From positions 96,001 through 160,000 of the forward strand of contig CAWALK010000018.1 of the NCBI GenBank assembly GCA_963782915.1: DNA of 64,000 nucleotides. The letters run 5' to 3'. This document shows positions 20,064-30,540 of this stretch, one piece after another. Source of the stretch: an uncultured archaeon (GTDB lineage: Archaea > Thermoproteota > Bathyarchaeia > Bathyarchaeales > Bathycorpusculaceae). Below the pieces are notes generated by a model. The model worked only from the letters and a program-made list of their open reading frames with translations, did not search any database and had not been told where the DNA came from. Position 1 is the stretch's first letter, and every line of letters starts with the position of its first letter. A program made the translations under genes and the position numbers.

Positions 20064-21641
20064 CTATGGGGCAACTTTTTTCTTGTGTTTTCTGTGCCAC
20101 CAGCGAATATTAGATTCAGCTAGCGTATGCAGCGGCGATAGTATTGGTACATTAGCAAACAGGGTAGCGGCTCTTTCTTGGATTATCTTTTTTGTGGGAA
20201 CCGACGCTCCTGATTGGCTGATGATTTCGTCAAGTTGGCATTTGATGTCGGCTATGGTGAAATCGTAGTCTTCGGGGCTGATTTTTCCTTCAGCTTTTAG
20301 TTTGTTTGTTTCTGCGATGGCGGTTTGGATTGATTCGAAACTTTGGTTTAGCTCGGTTGCCAAGGTGATGTCTGGTTCCGCCATATGCTTTTTCACGTAA
20401 CGTAGCAGCATTGGCACCTGAATCATAATGGAGATGAAGGCTACACCGAACACCATAGTATTAATCAATGCCACATCACTGTCTGAAATGACAACTGTTG
20501 CGGTGATTGTTGCCGCTAACACGATGGATACTGCGCCTCTGACTCCGCCTAACATGGCAACGTGGCTCCACACTTTAGAGGATTTCACGCCCAACGTCTT
20601 TTTGAAGAATGCCAGAATGGGGTATACAGTTGCGGCTCTGCCTATGGTGACTGCGATGAAAGCGGCTGTTATGAGCACGATTGATTGCGGCAACATAAAC
20701 AGGTTAGCTTGGAAACCAATCACTAGGAACGCCACTGTGTTGCCTATGAATGCGATTACCTGCCAGAACCGTTTTACGGATTCACGTTCGGATTCATCCA
20801 TCGCGGTACGCATGGTGTAGCTGCCATAGTATAGACCTGCAACCGAAACTGCGACTAATCCAGATGCACCGACGCCTTCTGCTAAGGCGAAAGACCCGTA
20901 AACTACCACTATTGCCAGAACGGTTTCGACGACGGCATCTGTGACCATGCTTGAGAGGACTTCGCCGACAAAAGCTACAATTAATCCGATTAGGGCTCCG
21001 ACGCCCAGTATGTAGCCGAAGCTTAATGTGGCTTCCATGGGGGAGACTGCTTGTAGGCTTGCGGCTGAGAGTACTAAAGTGAAGATGACGATTGCGGGTG
21101 CATCGTTAAATGCTGATTCGGTTTGCAGTAGCGTTGCAAGTCTTGAGGGCACTTTTACTCTGCGAAAAACCTCAAGCACAGTTACGACGTCTGTGGGTGC
21201 GATTAATGCTGCAAAAAGGAATGAAACGTATGGTGAGAGGCCTAATCCGAGCCATAAAACTAAGCCGCAGACGACGGTTGCTATGACTACTCCGACGGTT
21301 GCAAGCGCCAATGCGGGTCGAAGGACTCTTTTGAGGTCGTCTGAGCGGATATGTATCATGGCTTCAAAGAGCAACGGTGGAAGTATCAAGCCGACGAATA
21401 AGCCTCCGCTTCCTCCAGTAACTAATCCGTCGTAGGCGGATTGTATCTGCGAAATAAACGCTAAAGCAGGTTCCTGCATTGGGCCGCCATTTAGGGAGAG
21501 CACTGTTAGGGTTACTGTGGTTCCGACGCCAAGTAAAACCAGGATGACGGTGTAGGGGATTTTTAGGCGTAGAGAAATAAGCGCTGTTATGAATACTAGC
21601 AGTAGGAACCCTGAAATCATTAGTTCTATGCTTAGCGCCAC
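20064..21641 (-). CDS. Na+/H+ antiporter, CPA1 (NhaP-like)
   Basis: ILPPLLFEA, IAPTDVV, ESAFND, GGVRGAVS motifs; about 12 TM. Confidence 0.9.
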   Translation of the reverse strand: MALSIELMISGFLLLVFITALISLRLKIPYTVILVLLGVGTTVTLTVLSLNGGPMQEPALAFISQIQSAYDGLVTGGSGGLFVGLILPPLLFEAMIHIRSDDLKRVLRPALALATVGVVIATVVCGLVLWLGLGLSPYVSFLFAALIAPTDVVTVLEVFRRVKVPSRLATLLQTESAFNDAPAIVIFTLVLSAASLQAVSPMEATLSFGYILGVGALIGLIVAFVGEVLSSMVTDAVVETVLAIVVVYGSFALAEGVGASGLVAVSVAGLYYGSYTMRTAMDESERESVKRFWQVIAFIGNTVAFLVIGFQANLFMLPQSIVLITAAFIAVTIGRAATVYPILAFFKKTLGVKSSKVWSHVAMLGGVRGAVSIVLAATITATVVISDSDVALINTMVFGVAFISIMIQVPMLLRYVKKHMAEPDITLATELNQSFESIQTAIAETNKLKAEGKISPEDYDFTIADIKCQLDEIISQSGASVPTKKIIQERAATLFANVPILSPLHTLAESNIRWWHRKHKKKVAP

Positions 21642-21711
21642 TTAGTCTGCACCGTCTTAGCGCTTAGATGCAGCTTTCATCTTTTATCTTTTCCCCAAAT
21701 CCCAAGACAGT

Positions 21712-22644
21712 TTAGGCTAGTGCTGATTGTATAGCGATAAAAAGAGCATAAACTAAAACCAGTACCAAACCGTCTCGTCTATCTAGTACGCCATCCCGTG
21801 AGAGAATATAGACAATTACCGCTGAAGCCACCATCAAAATCCCAGTGGAGAGCGGAGGCAACACTAAATCGGGTTTAATCGGCATAATAAGAGCAATCAC
21901 CCCAATAGTCAACAGGGAATCAGCCAGCACATTGCCCAATATGTTGCCTAAGCCTAGTCCGCAATGCATTTTGTTGCAGCTGCGTATGGCAAACGCCATT
22001 TCGGGCAGGCAAGTTCCAATGGCAACTATCAAGCCTACAACGAACAGGGGCAACCCAAGCGTTAAACTCAGTGCCTGCGAGTTCTCGGTGATTAAGCTGC
22101 CGCCTATGAATAGAAGCACCAAACTGGCAACAAGCACCGACGCTTCAAACGTAATCCGTTTTTTGGGTCGTTTACCCGTAAATGCGCCGCCTTCATGCTT
22201 GCTTCTAAGCAACAGAAATATGTAAACCAAAAAAGCCACAATCAACACTACGCCATCTACCCGAGAGATTTCGCCGTCCAAAAAAAGCAGCACAGGCAAA
22301 ACCACCGCTAAAAAAGACAACCGAACATTCTTCAAAATAGAAGCATCCAACGTAACTTTTCCAGCAAACAAAGTCACCACGCCAATAACCAACGTTAAAT
22401 CAGCAACGTTAGCGCCCAAAATGACGCCGAATCCCAATGCTGATGTGCCCTGTGCAGCCGCCAAAACCCCAATGGATAATTCAGGCAAAATAGCGATTAT
22501 ACCCGCCAACACAAAACTAACGACAAACTCCGATACATGCAGAAACCTTGCCAGATTTAGCAGCCGTTTTATGGCTTCATCTGCACTAACGATAACCAGA
22601 GCTAAACCTACGATTAAAAGAGCCACAGAAAGAAAAATATCCAC
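21712..22644 (-). CDS. Na+/Ca2+ (CaCA, YrbG-like) antiporter
   Basis: Two alpha repeats LPEL..GVILGAN and GTCLPE..GNILGN. Confidence 0.85.
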   Translation of the reverse strand: MDIFLSVALLIVGLALVIVSADEAIKRLLNLARFLHVSEFVVSFVLAGIIAILPELSIGVLAAAQGTSALGFGVILGANVADLTLVIGVVTLFAGKVTLDASILKNVRLSFLAVVLPVLLFLDGEISRVDGVVLIVAFLVYIFLLLRSKHEGGAFTGKRPKKRITFEASVLVASLVLLFIGGSLITENSQALSLTLGLPLFVVGLIVAIGTCLPEMAFAIRSCNKMHCGLGLGNILGNVLADSLLTIGVIALIMPIKPDLVLPPLSTGILMVASAVIVYILSRDGVLDRRDGLVLVLVYALFIAIQSALA

Positions 22645-22687
22645 ATATCAAACTAACAAATTCTTAAACTTTAACCTTCTTGCGCTC

Positions 22688-24995
22688 TTAGAGGAGGCTT
22701 TTCTGCTGCTGCCCCTTCACCGCATCATACACCTTCTCGGTGGTGTAGCCAGCGAAGCTCAGCAGATTAGCAGTGGATGAGTAGAGGAGCATGAGGTATT
22801 TTTTTGTGTCGGGGTTTACGCCTTTCTCGATTAGTTGTGCCGCTTTGACTCTGTGGCTGAAGCGTTTGTGGTCAGCGTCGGTGAAGAGGAACTTTACGCT
22901 GCTGCCCGCAGGCATATCTAAGCCATGTTTACCTAATTGCTCTGCGGCGATGACTTGGCTAACCTGCTGCCGATAATGTTTGGGTTGCTTGGACATGTGT
23001 TTGGTAACTATCAAATCAGACAAAGGCACTTCACCATCCAGCAAACGTTGCCGATAGGAGCGGAGCACTTTTAGGGCTTCGGGAATTTGCTTGTAGAGTT
23101 CAGGGGTGTTGTCTGCTTTGGCGAGGGTGTTTATCATTTCTGTTTGGGCGTCAAAAATGTAGTGGGGGGTGTCTCTGCGTCGGACTTCTAAGCCGCGGAC
23201 CTTAATTTTGCCGCTGTCCATAACGCCCAAATACCGATTCAACACGCTCACGTGCGGATGCAATCGTGAGGGCAGGAAAGCTATCCATTTGTAGTAGCCT
23301 TCAAAATTTATGGGCACCCCAATCTCGCGGGTAATCAAATCGCAGAGTCGCCCGTAATCCTCCTTGGATGCACCCTGCTTTTTGAGCCACAGCGAATCCA
23401 CGATGCCATGCACCACTTCGAAGCCTTCGTCTTCAGCCAGATGCGCCGCTTTAAGAAAAGTCTCGCGTGCAAAAGCGCAGACGCCAATGTGACCGTCGAC
23501 AGTGCCGAATTTGGAGTTGCTAAAACCCAAATAGCCAAAACACGTGACCAGAATCCACTTCAACGCTGTTTGGCGCTTATCATAAATTTGCTTTTGATGC
23601 TTGTCGGTGGCTTCGTCTCTTAGGCGCTTGTAGGTTAAGCGTTTGGTTAGGGCTAAATCGACGGTTTTGGGGACCATGCCGATGCGTTTGTTGCAGATGT
23701 GATAGTTTAAGTCTGGAATGCGGTTTGGCGAGTCGGGGCAGCATTTGCACAGTACCGTTTCAACGGAGATGTTGTATTTGCGCATGAGCGAGGGGTACAT
23801 GGAGGAGAAGTCGAGTTCGCCTATGCCGTCGTGGACGCCTAAGCGGGGTTCAAAGATGAAGCCGCCGCGGTCGCCGACGAGCAGGTCCAAGGCGGATTTG
23901 AAGGTTTCAGGAATTTTTTTGTTGCGCGGCAGCAGGATGTCGTCTTTTAGGGCTTGATAGAATTGGATGGAGGACATGCTCGAGCCAATAGAGAACCGTG
24001 CCGCTGTGTGGAGTGGGACTCGGCATGTGCGGGCTATTTCTATGAAGCCATCCAACCCTGACTCTTTTATGATAAACGTGTTGTTTTCGTCAACGTGTAT
24101 CCTGCCGTACAGCCGCACTGTGCTGGCTCGATAGAAGGTGTGTCCATATGAAAAGTAGGTTTTACCCGTGACTGCTAATTTGCGGCTAAACGGTTTGGGG
24201 TCGCGGCTTAGGATGAATTCGTCTGCGACTTCGTTTAGGGTGGCGCGTTGGATTAGGTAGGGGAAAAGATAGGAGTCGCCTGCGCTGGTGACGATTATGT
24301 CGGGGTCCAACTCTTTTACGGCATAAACCAACTGTAATAGTTTGGTGGCTTCATCCCCATAATCAATAACGATTTCGGGTTGGTCATCTTGTTTGAGGCG
24401 GATTTTCGCTGATTGGGTCCTCGAAGCTGGGAATAAAATCCTTCTTAGCCACATCCACATCTAAACGCAGCACCCGCAACTGGGGCACCACATAATCGGT
24501 ACTCGCCACCGTATCCATCAGTTTATAGTTTAAGCCAGCTTTGCCAACCGACACTTCCACATACGCCAACGGAAACAGGTCACGGCTAAAAAAGTAGGAA
24601 CGATCACTCTGCACATCACAGTTATGTATTTCATAACGCAGATAATCCCCCATACGCAGAATCTCCTGCGTTAACGGGTGGATTTGGCGGCAATCTTTCA
24701 CGGTTAACTCCAGAACCCTCGATTTCTCGCTGTCAATGGGCTGCGCATACTTTTGGGTGAACCGTGCGGACTCAATCTTTGGGTTATTGCAGAGGCTGCT
24801 AAGTAAACGTTCCAAGTCATCTTGGTTAGCGGAGGAAACGTAGATGCAGGGCTGAAACTTATCCGTAAACCGTATGCGTTCGCCCGATTGGGAGATTACC
24901 CAAACCGCAACTTTACCGAGTTCAGTTGGGTAAACATCCAGTATCCAACCTTTAATGCTGCTCGGCGGCTGCTGGCTGCTGGGCTTTAAGGTCGT
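22688..24995 (-). CDS. polB2: Family B DNA polymerase, PolB2 subfamily; frameshift near 24415
   Basis: N-terminal GWILDVYP; motif A DFSSMYPS; motif B KWILVTCFGY; motif C HGIVDS typical of PolB2; KVRGLE.RRRD. Confidence 0.85.
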
Positions 24996-25242
24996 CTACT
25001 TCCTTGCGTAGTTTCTGCAGGCTGATTTGCTGGGAAACCACAATCGACATCATCATAGGCTCGAAAAGGATGGGTTTGGTAGCGTTACTTCCTGCTGAGG
25101 CATAGCTTCTGCATGCATCCATTATGGCGTCGAAGGCTTCACGGTCCTCTTTACGCAGGGCTTTGGCGAATCCGTTCCAGCGGCGAATCTCGTCCTCGAT
25201 TGCCATGCGGTAGGATTCAACTGTTTTACCCAGAACTAACAC
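24952..25242 (-). CDS. Small PolB2-associated alpha-helical protein (arCOG07300-like)
   Basis: GKTVESYR..W..FAKALRKEDREAFD, immediately upstream of polB2. Confidence 0.7.
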   Translation of the reverse strand: MLVLGKTVESYRMAIEDEIRRWNGFAKALRKEDREAFDAIMDACRSYASAGSNATKPILFEPMMMSIVVSQQISLQKLRKEVDDLKAQQPAAAEQH

Positions 25243-25962
25243 CCATGAAATCGGTTAAGGGGCGGTTTTCGGAGGGTAATTCAGTGACGCGCAGCATGTA
25301 GGATGGATGCTTCTCCAATGCGACTTCGCGGGTATATTTTGTTTTTGTGAAGCGTAACACGGTGCTGGCTTTTGTCTGCGTCATTTCTTGCAGGGTGAGG
25401 TTGCGTTTGCTGTTTTCATAGGGCATGTAGGTGGCTATGAGGACGATTTGGTGTTTGCGTGCGAAGTTTGAGAGGTAAGTGACGATTTGGCTGTAGATTC
25501 GCTGGGCTTCGTCTGCTTGGACGTTGTTGTCTAGGAAGAATCCGGCTATGTCTGAGATGACGGCGACTTTTGCATTGTAGGTTTTCACGGTTTCTTCGAG
25601 TTTTTCCATGATGAGTGAGGTGAGTTGGTAGGCGGTAAACGCTCTTGAAATATAGATGTTGCCGAGCACCTTATTTGGGTCCAACTGATGAAGCTGCGCC
25701 AACCTGGCGATATTGTAGAGCCGTAAACGTGTTTCCGCCGTCGATGAAGACAACACGTGCTTCCTAAACCGCCCAGCTGCGGCGGCAGTTGCGCACGTAC
25801 ACACAGCAGCGAAGTTAGCGAGATAACTGATGAGGAACCATACAGGATAGCGAAGTCTCCGGGCATAAAGCCTGGAAAGAGCTCATCGACGCCGGGCATG
25901 TTTAACGAAAAATATGGTTTAGTCGCCTGAGCCATTGATGGTTTAACAATTAGGTTTTGCAT
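25226..25962 (-). CDS. RadA/RecA-like protein with degenerate P-loop; frameshift near 25740-25770
   Basis: PGVDELFPGF..GDFAILYG, QLPPQLGGLG, NIYISRAFTAYQL; Walker A lacks GKT. Confidence 0.75.
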
Positions 25963-26100
25963 GTTTCTGTTCTCCCTTTCTATGCGAAGGAAACGGTTAC
26001 GCAGGTTTTGCCTATTTAAAGCATCGACGAAGCGACGCTCCCATGGAGGGGAGAGGACAGTGAAAGTTAAAACGCATTTACTATTTTTTAAGAATACAAG

Positions 26101-26346
26101 TTACTCATAGACATGCTTGCGGTGCCCAACAAGTAACAAATGAACTTCGATACCCTTAATCAAATACAGGACACGGTACGTGCCTACCCTTAGTGAGTAA
26201 ACGCCTTTCCAGTCTCCTCTCAGTGGCTTCCCTATGAAGTGATCATTTTTCAAGACACCGATTTCATTTAGAATTTTGATTTACCAATCTCTTTCTATAC
26301 GTTTCGATCCCTTGGAAAAAGTAGCGGTAAATCTAATTGCGTACGT
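26101..26346 (-). pseudogene. RelE/ParE-family toxin remnant
   Basis: Hand translation (T)YAIRFTATFSKGSKRIERDW*IKILNEI..GKPLRGDWKGVYSLRVGTYRVLY..LVGHRKHVYE; start is ACG and there is an in-frame TAA at 26281-26283. Confidence 0.75.
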
Positions 26347-26539
26347 CTTTTTCAAGGTTTAACTCTCGAATAAGCTCATCTAACGGGCGTGACTTTTCGT
26401 CTTCGGCTTCCTGCAACGCTTTTTTTAGGTCTTTAGCGATTTTTTTGTTTTTTGAAACCTCGATTGTTTCCAGTAGTTCCTCCATCAAGTTAGCGGCTCG
26501 GGTCAAAAGTTCTTTCTCTTCGGTAGTTAGCATAGTCAA
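26333..26539 (-). CDS. Putative antitoxin of the type II TA pair
   Basis: Small acidic ORF (EELLETIEV..DLKKALQE....RPLDEL) overlapping the toxin start. Confidence 0.7.
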   Translation of the reverse strand: MTMLTTEEKELLTRAANLMEELLETIEVSKNKKIAKDLKKALQEAEDEKSRPLDELIRELNLEKDVRN

Positions 26540-26594
26540 GGTGGGTTCACCTAAGCGAATATTGGATGTGAGTATTTCTTAACTTTTACTATAA

Positions 26595-27911
26595 CAGTAG
26601 ATCAAAAATTGGAAGCCAAGTTTTTAAAACCGCCCCAAAATGGCTTCTTCAAATAACCATAGCGGGTTATTTCGACCTAAACTTTTCCCCTTAAAAACCC
26701 AAAACAACAACCAACTCATAAACCCCCCAAACCAACCTAACATCCCAAAAAAAATTGCCAGACAGCAAAATTAAAACTAACCAACTGCACTCAAACAAAC
26801 CTAAAACCAAAACACTATCTCTTTAACCCCCAGACTCCAAATCAGGCAACAAAGACAAAACCAAACACAACCTAACAGCATGCTTAAAACTATACGTTGG
26901 AACATGCCGTCTACGCCTAAAATTCCACACAACCCACAAATTATACAGACCAACCGCCAAAAAGAAGTACAGAAGCCTCAAACGATATAACCTCGAGGTT
27001 GTCTTAGCCAAAAACAACCCAATCATACGATAAGACGTCTCAATCCCCCACCTACGCCTAAACGTCTTTCTTACCCAACGGCGCCTAAACGAAGTATTGG
27101 TGGCAAATATCAGCAGTTTACCCTTCTGCCGAACCGTTACCAGCCGAAAAGTCACCTGCTCACTTTTCCTCTTCTTACATGTCGTAGTCGTATGCAGACG
27201 ATCAACACCAGCCTCAAGAGGCTTGCCATGCCAGGGAATATGAATAATATACTTCACTCCGCAGTTGTCTAAGTGCCTAATTAGGTCGATTGAATAGTAT
27301 CCTCTGTCAAAGAGCAGTAGCTTAATTTTGAGACCTAACTCGGCAATGGAGTTTAATAGATGCCTGACATGCCAAAGTGCCGACCTGTCTAGCATCGGCG
27401 CAACCGCTAACGTCATCCTCTGTCCGTTGAACAGAACGCTGGCTGTTGCAAATCTGTAGGCGTGGCATGAACCGTTCTTTGGCATGGCGCCAACTATACC
27501 CTCCGCAGCTGGGTTGCCGTAGTACATTATGTCATGCCAATCGATGGCTAAAATAAGCGGTTTAGATAAGGCGCCTTTGTTTTTCATTTCTTTGATTGTT
27601 TGCTGGTTGATTTGGAGTAGGTGCTGGGGGTTTAGTTGTTTTAGGTGGTTGCGTACTGTTTGGCCGCAGATGTGGAGGTTCTGTGCGCATCCTTCAACAT
27701 AGCCCTTGTCGAGGGCTGCTAGAAGCAGCACTCGTGTGGTATCCTGGGTTTTTCTGGCGCATTTTGGTTGTATGAAGGTACCGATTTTTTCTTTAAAATA
27801 TAAGTAAGCCTTCAGCTTATCGTATCGTCTAGGGATTGAGCTGTAGCTAGTCATTTCCTATTTACCAAAACTAGTTACAGCTCTATTCCCCTAAGAATTT
27901 TTGATCTACTG
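26595..27911 (-). mobile_element. Insertion sequence, ISH3/IS4-like, 1317 bp
   Basis: Perfect 16-bp TIRs CAGTAGATCAAAAATT (26595-26610) and AATTTTTGATCTACTG (27896-27911); ATAA duplicated at 26591-26594 and 27912-27915. Confidence 0.92.
26823..27854 (-). CDS. DDE transposase (ISH3/IS4-like)
   Basis: AIDWH, LFDRGYY and RWGIETSYR DDE motifs. Confidence 0.92.
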   Translation of the reverse strand: MTSYSSIPRRYDKLKAYLYFKEKIGTFIQPKCARKTQDTTRVLLLAALDKGYVEGCAQNLHICGQTVRNHLKQLNPQHLLQINQQTIKEMKNKGALSKPLILAIDWHDIMYYGNPAAEGIVGAMPKNGSCHAYRFATASVLFNGQRMTLAVAPMLDRSALWHVRHLLNSIAELGLKIKLLLFDRGYYSIDLIRHLDNCGVKYIIHIPWHGKPLEAGVDRLHTTTTCKKRKSEQVTFRLVTVRQKGKLLIFATNTSFRRRWVRKTFRRRWGIETSYRMIGLFLAKTTSRLYRLRLLYFFLAVGLYNLWVVWNFRRRRHVPTYSFKHAVRLCLVLSLLPDLESGG

Positions 27912-28180
27912 ATAAATAAGGGAGGGGTAGGTCGGCAAAGCAGTAACAGTTCGCCTAAAAGCCGTTATTTATAGGGGATAGGGGATCTTCGGAGAGCAAC
28001 AAAACCTTCAGCATCTAAAACGGGCAGTCTTTAAAAACAGACGACTAATAATCCAGCTTATTTCCTAACAAGCCCGCATTAGCCGTATCGGCTATTCAAC
28101 GATCGCTGAAAATTTTCTCACCGAAGCCAACAATTGTTGCGCCTATAAATAAGGGGGATAGAGAAAAAAACGCACACACC
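27912..28180 (+). repeat. Dispersed repeat cluster (A, A and A' modules) interrupted by the IS
   Basis: ATAAATAAGGGAGGGGTAGGTCGGCAAAGCA; TATAGGGGATAGGGGATCTTCGGAGAGCAACAA; GCCTATAAATAAGGGGGATAGAGAAAAAAACGCAC. Confidence 0.75.
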
Positions 28181-28363
28181 CCCAAAAATAACGATAACAG
28201 AAAAAAACTAAAACACAGAAGCTTAAGCCGGGTTGTCCTTTTTGGGGTTTGTGGGGTCTGGAGATAGTTTGAGGGGGAGAAGGGAGAGCGTGCTAAAATA
28301 AATTGGTCTCCAAACCTTTCCACCCAACCCAGCTTTGCTTTTCTTGTGTGTCCTCCGAGTTTC

Positions 28364-29551
28364 CTACAGTGCCTTGAACGCGTCGAACCAGCGGTTATAG
28401 CTAGTCAGCATATCCAGCGACACTGACGGTTTACGCTCTTCAAGTATCTGGCGGAAGTCAGCCATGTTGAGTGCGCGTGGTTTTGCTTCTTTATTGAGTG
28501 CTTGTCCTGTTTCGAAGAATTCGCCGATGAGCTTAAGCTGTGCTGATTGGCAAACATCGCGAATGTCGCTTCCACTGAAGCCCTCAGATAACCGTGCCAA
28601 CTCATGCAAATCAACATCCACTCCGACAGTTAATGTTCCGGTGTAGTGCTTTAGCATGTTTAGGCGTGTTGCGTGGTCTGCCAATGGAACCAAGATACGT
28701 TTCTGGAACCGTCTGATGAATGCCCAGTCGAGATCCCAGGGTTTGTTGGTTGCGCCGATGACGTAAACGTGAAGTGCTTTGCCCTTATCCATGATGCCAT
28801 CCATTTCTTTGAGGAACTGGTTTCGCACACGGATTTCGCCGCCGACCTCGTTGGTATGTGCACCCATCAAGGAGTCTAATTCGTCGACGAATACGATAGC
28901 GGGTTTGCCTTCGTTAGCGGATTTTCGTGCGGAATTGAATAGTTTAGCAACGTTTTGTTCTGCTTCACCGAGCCACTTCGACATAATTGAGGCTGCATCA
29001 ATCGAGTAGAAGTTCGCTTCGATTTCAGTTGCAACCGCCGCCGCCAACAAGGTTTTTCCGCAGCCAGGAGGACCAAACAGCAGAATGCCACGTGGCCAAC
29101 CAAGCGGGAACAGGTCGGGGCGTTGTACTGGGTAAACGATGGCTTCTTTGACTGCTTTTTTGGCGACGTCTAAGCCGACTACTTCGTCCCAGTTAACTTT
29201 AGGTTTCTCTGTAATTACGAGTTCTTCAGTGTTGGATTTTGCGTTTGGATTCGGGGTTCCATCCATAGTTGCTGATCCTCCGCCTTCACTGTCATCGTTG
29301 GCTGCTTCATTCATTTCAGCCGATGAGACTGTTCCCTGGAGGGCTTTAATTCGTTCTTGATAGGCGATTGCTCGCTGAACGTAAACTTTGTTTAATCCGT
29401 ATTCGGGGTAAAGTTGAACCAGCTGCAGTAGGCTTTCAATTGCTTTCTGGTAGAGTGTTATAGCTCTGCCTTTTTGCCCCTGCTTATCCAGTCGTACAGC
29501 ATCCAACGCATAGGCTGTTGCCGCTTTTTCTAACTCATTTGATGCACTCAT
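28364..29551 (-). CDS. cdvC: Vps4/CdvC AAA+ ATPase with N-terminal MIT domain
   Basis: MIT helices (AVRLDKQG..AITLYQKAI), GPPGCGKT, FVDELD, ATNKPWDLD..FIRRF. Confidence 0.93.
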   Translation of the reverse strand: MSASNELEKAATAYALDAVRLDKQGQKGRAITLYQKAIESLLQLVQLYPEYGLNKVYVQRAIAYQERIKALQGTVSSAEMNEAANDDSEGGGSATMDGTPNPNAKSNTEELVITEKPKVNWDEVVGLDVAKKAVKEAIVYPVQRPDLFPLGWPRGILLFGPPGCGKTLLAAAVATEIEANFYSIDAASIMSKWLGEAEQNVAKLFNSARKSANEGKPAIVFVDELDSLMGAHTNEVGGEIRVRNQFLKEMDGIMDKGKALHVYVIGATNKPWDLDWAFIRRFQKRILVPLADHATRLNMLKHYTGTLTVGVDVDLHELARLSEGFSGSDIRDVCQSAQLKLIGEFFETGQALNKEAKPRALNMADFRQILEERKPSVSLDMLTSYNRWFDAFKAL

Positions 29552-29582
29552 GTCGGTTTTTTCTCTCCTCTTCTCTTCTCGC

Positions 29583-30497
29583 TTATTCAGGCGAACGTAA
29601 CTCTATCTTGATTTTGCCCTGAGTTCCCAAATTCTCCAAGGCACGCTCTATTGCTTCGTTAGAAGTTTTAAGCTCACTGGAGCATCGAGTTAAATCGATT
29701 TCTCCATTAGTTTTACGCACATACTCCAGAAGAACCTCTTCCAGATTCGGCGCTGGCTTCTCAACTTTAACCGAGAACTCTTTAATCTCTGATTTCTTGT
29801 AGGAAAACAGGGTCTTTTCAGGATCAAACCCTGACTCCTCAATACTCTTGGAACCAAACACCTGCGAAGAACTCGCTGTCAATGCAACAAGCTCACGGAT
29901 TGGTGTTGCAGGGGCTTTAGCTTTCTCCTTCACCGGAGCAGCAACGGGCGGCTCAGGAAGGGTTTCGGATAATTTTTGCTCCATAAAGCAGGAGACCTCT
30001 TTGAGAACCTCGTCGCCGGCTTCAGTTTTTCTGCCGACTGGAACCAAATTCTCGTCTGAAGTAATTTTTGTCTGCTGGAGCGTATCTTGTATAGCTGAAT
30101 TAACATTACATAACTCAGTGCTCACGTCTGGTAGCACTTGGAATAGTTCCTGTGAAACGCCTTGAAGCAAACTCAACGCGGGTTTAAGGTCAGCGACTAT
30201 ATCGCCAAGTTCCTTTATGGTTTCAAGGCGCATAACAACTCTTTCAATGGCTAACTGCACATTGTAGAGAAATTTGATTAATTTACGGACTTCCGCAATC
30301 TCTGTGGCGCACATGGCTGCTTTTTCTTTGTTATTCTTTTTTAATGCGCCCATGCATGTTTCAAAAAGAATGCGGTCCCGCTCTTTTAAGCGATAACTAG
30401 CCTGTTCCAGCTTATTCTGCTGGACTTTTAGGGTACAAATAGATTTGGTAGCGACTTCACGAATAGGAGGAGGGGTTTGGTTTGTGAAACTTTTCAT
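29583..30497 (-). CDS. cdvB: ESCRT-III/CdvB with C-terminal winged-helix
   Basis: Snf7 core (A.EIAEVRK...QLAIERV..RLETI), LPEPP MIM2-like motif, C-terminal wH (VLLEYVRKTNGEIDL...LENL..QGKI). Confidence 0.85.
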   Translation of the reverse strand: MKSFTNQTPPPIREVATKSICTLKVQQNKLEQASYRLKERDRILFETCMGALKKNNKEKAAMCATEIAEVRKLIKFLYNVQLAIERVVMRLETIKELGDIVADLKPALSLLQGVSQELFQVLPDVSTELCNVNSAIQDTLQQTKITSDENLVPVGRKTEAGDEVLKEVSCFMEQKLSETLPEPPVAAPVKEKAKAPATPIRELVALTASSSQVFGSKSIEESGFDPEKTLFSYKKSEIKEFSVKVEKPAPNLEEVLLEYVRKTNGEIDLTRCSSELKTSNEAIERALENLGTQGKIKIELRSPE

Positions 30498-30540
30498 TTT
30501 TTGTCCCTCCGCAATCCTACCGTTTTAGTCTCTGGTCCTC

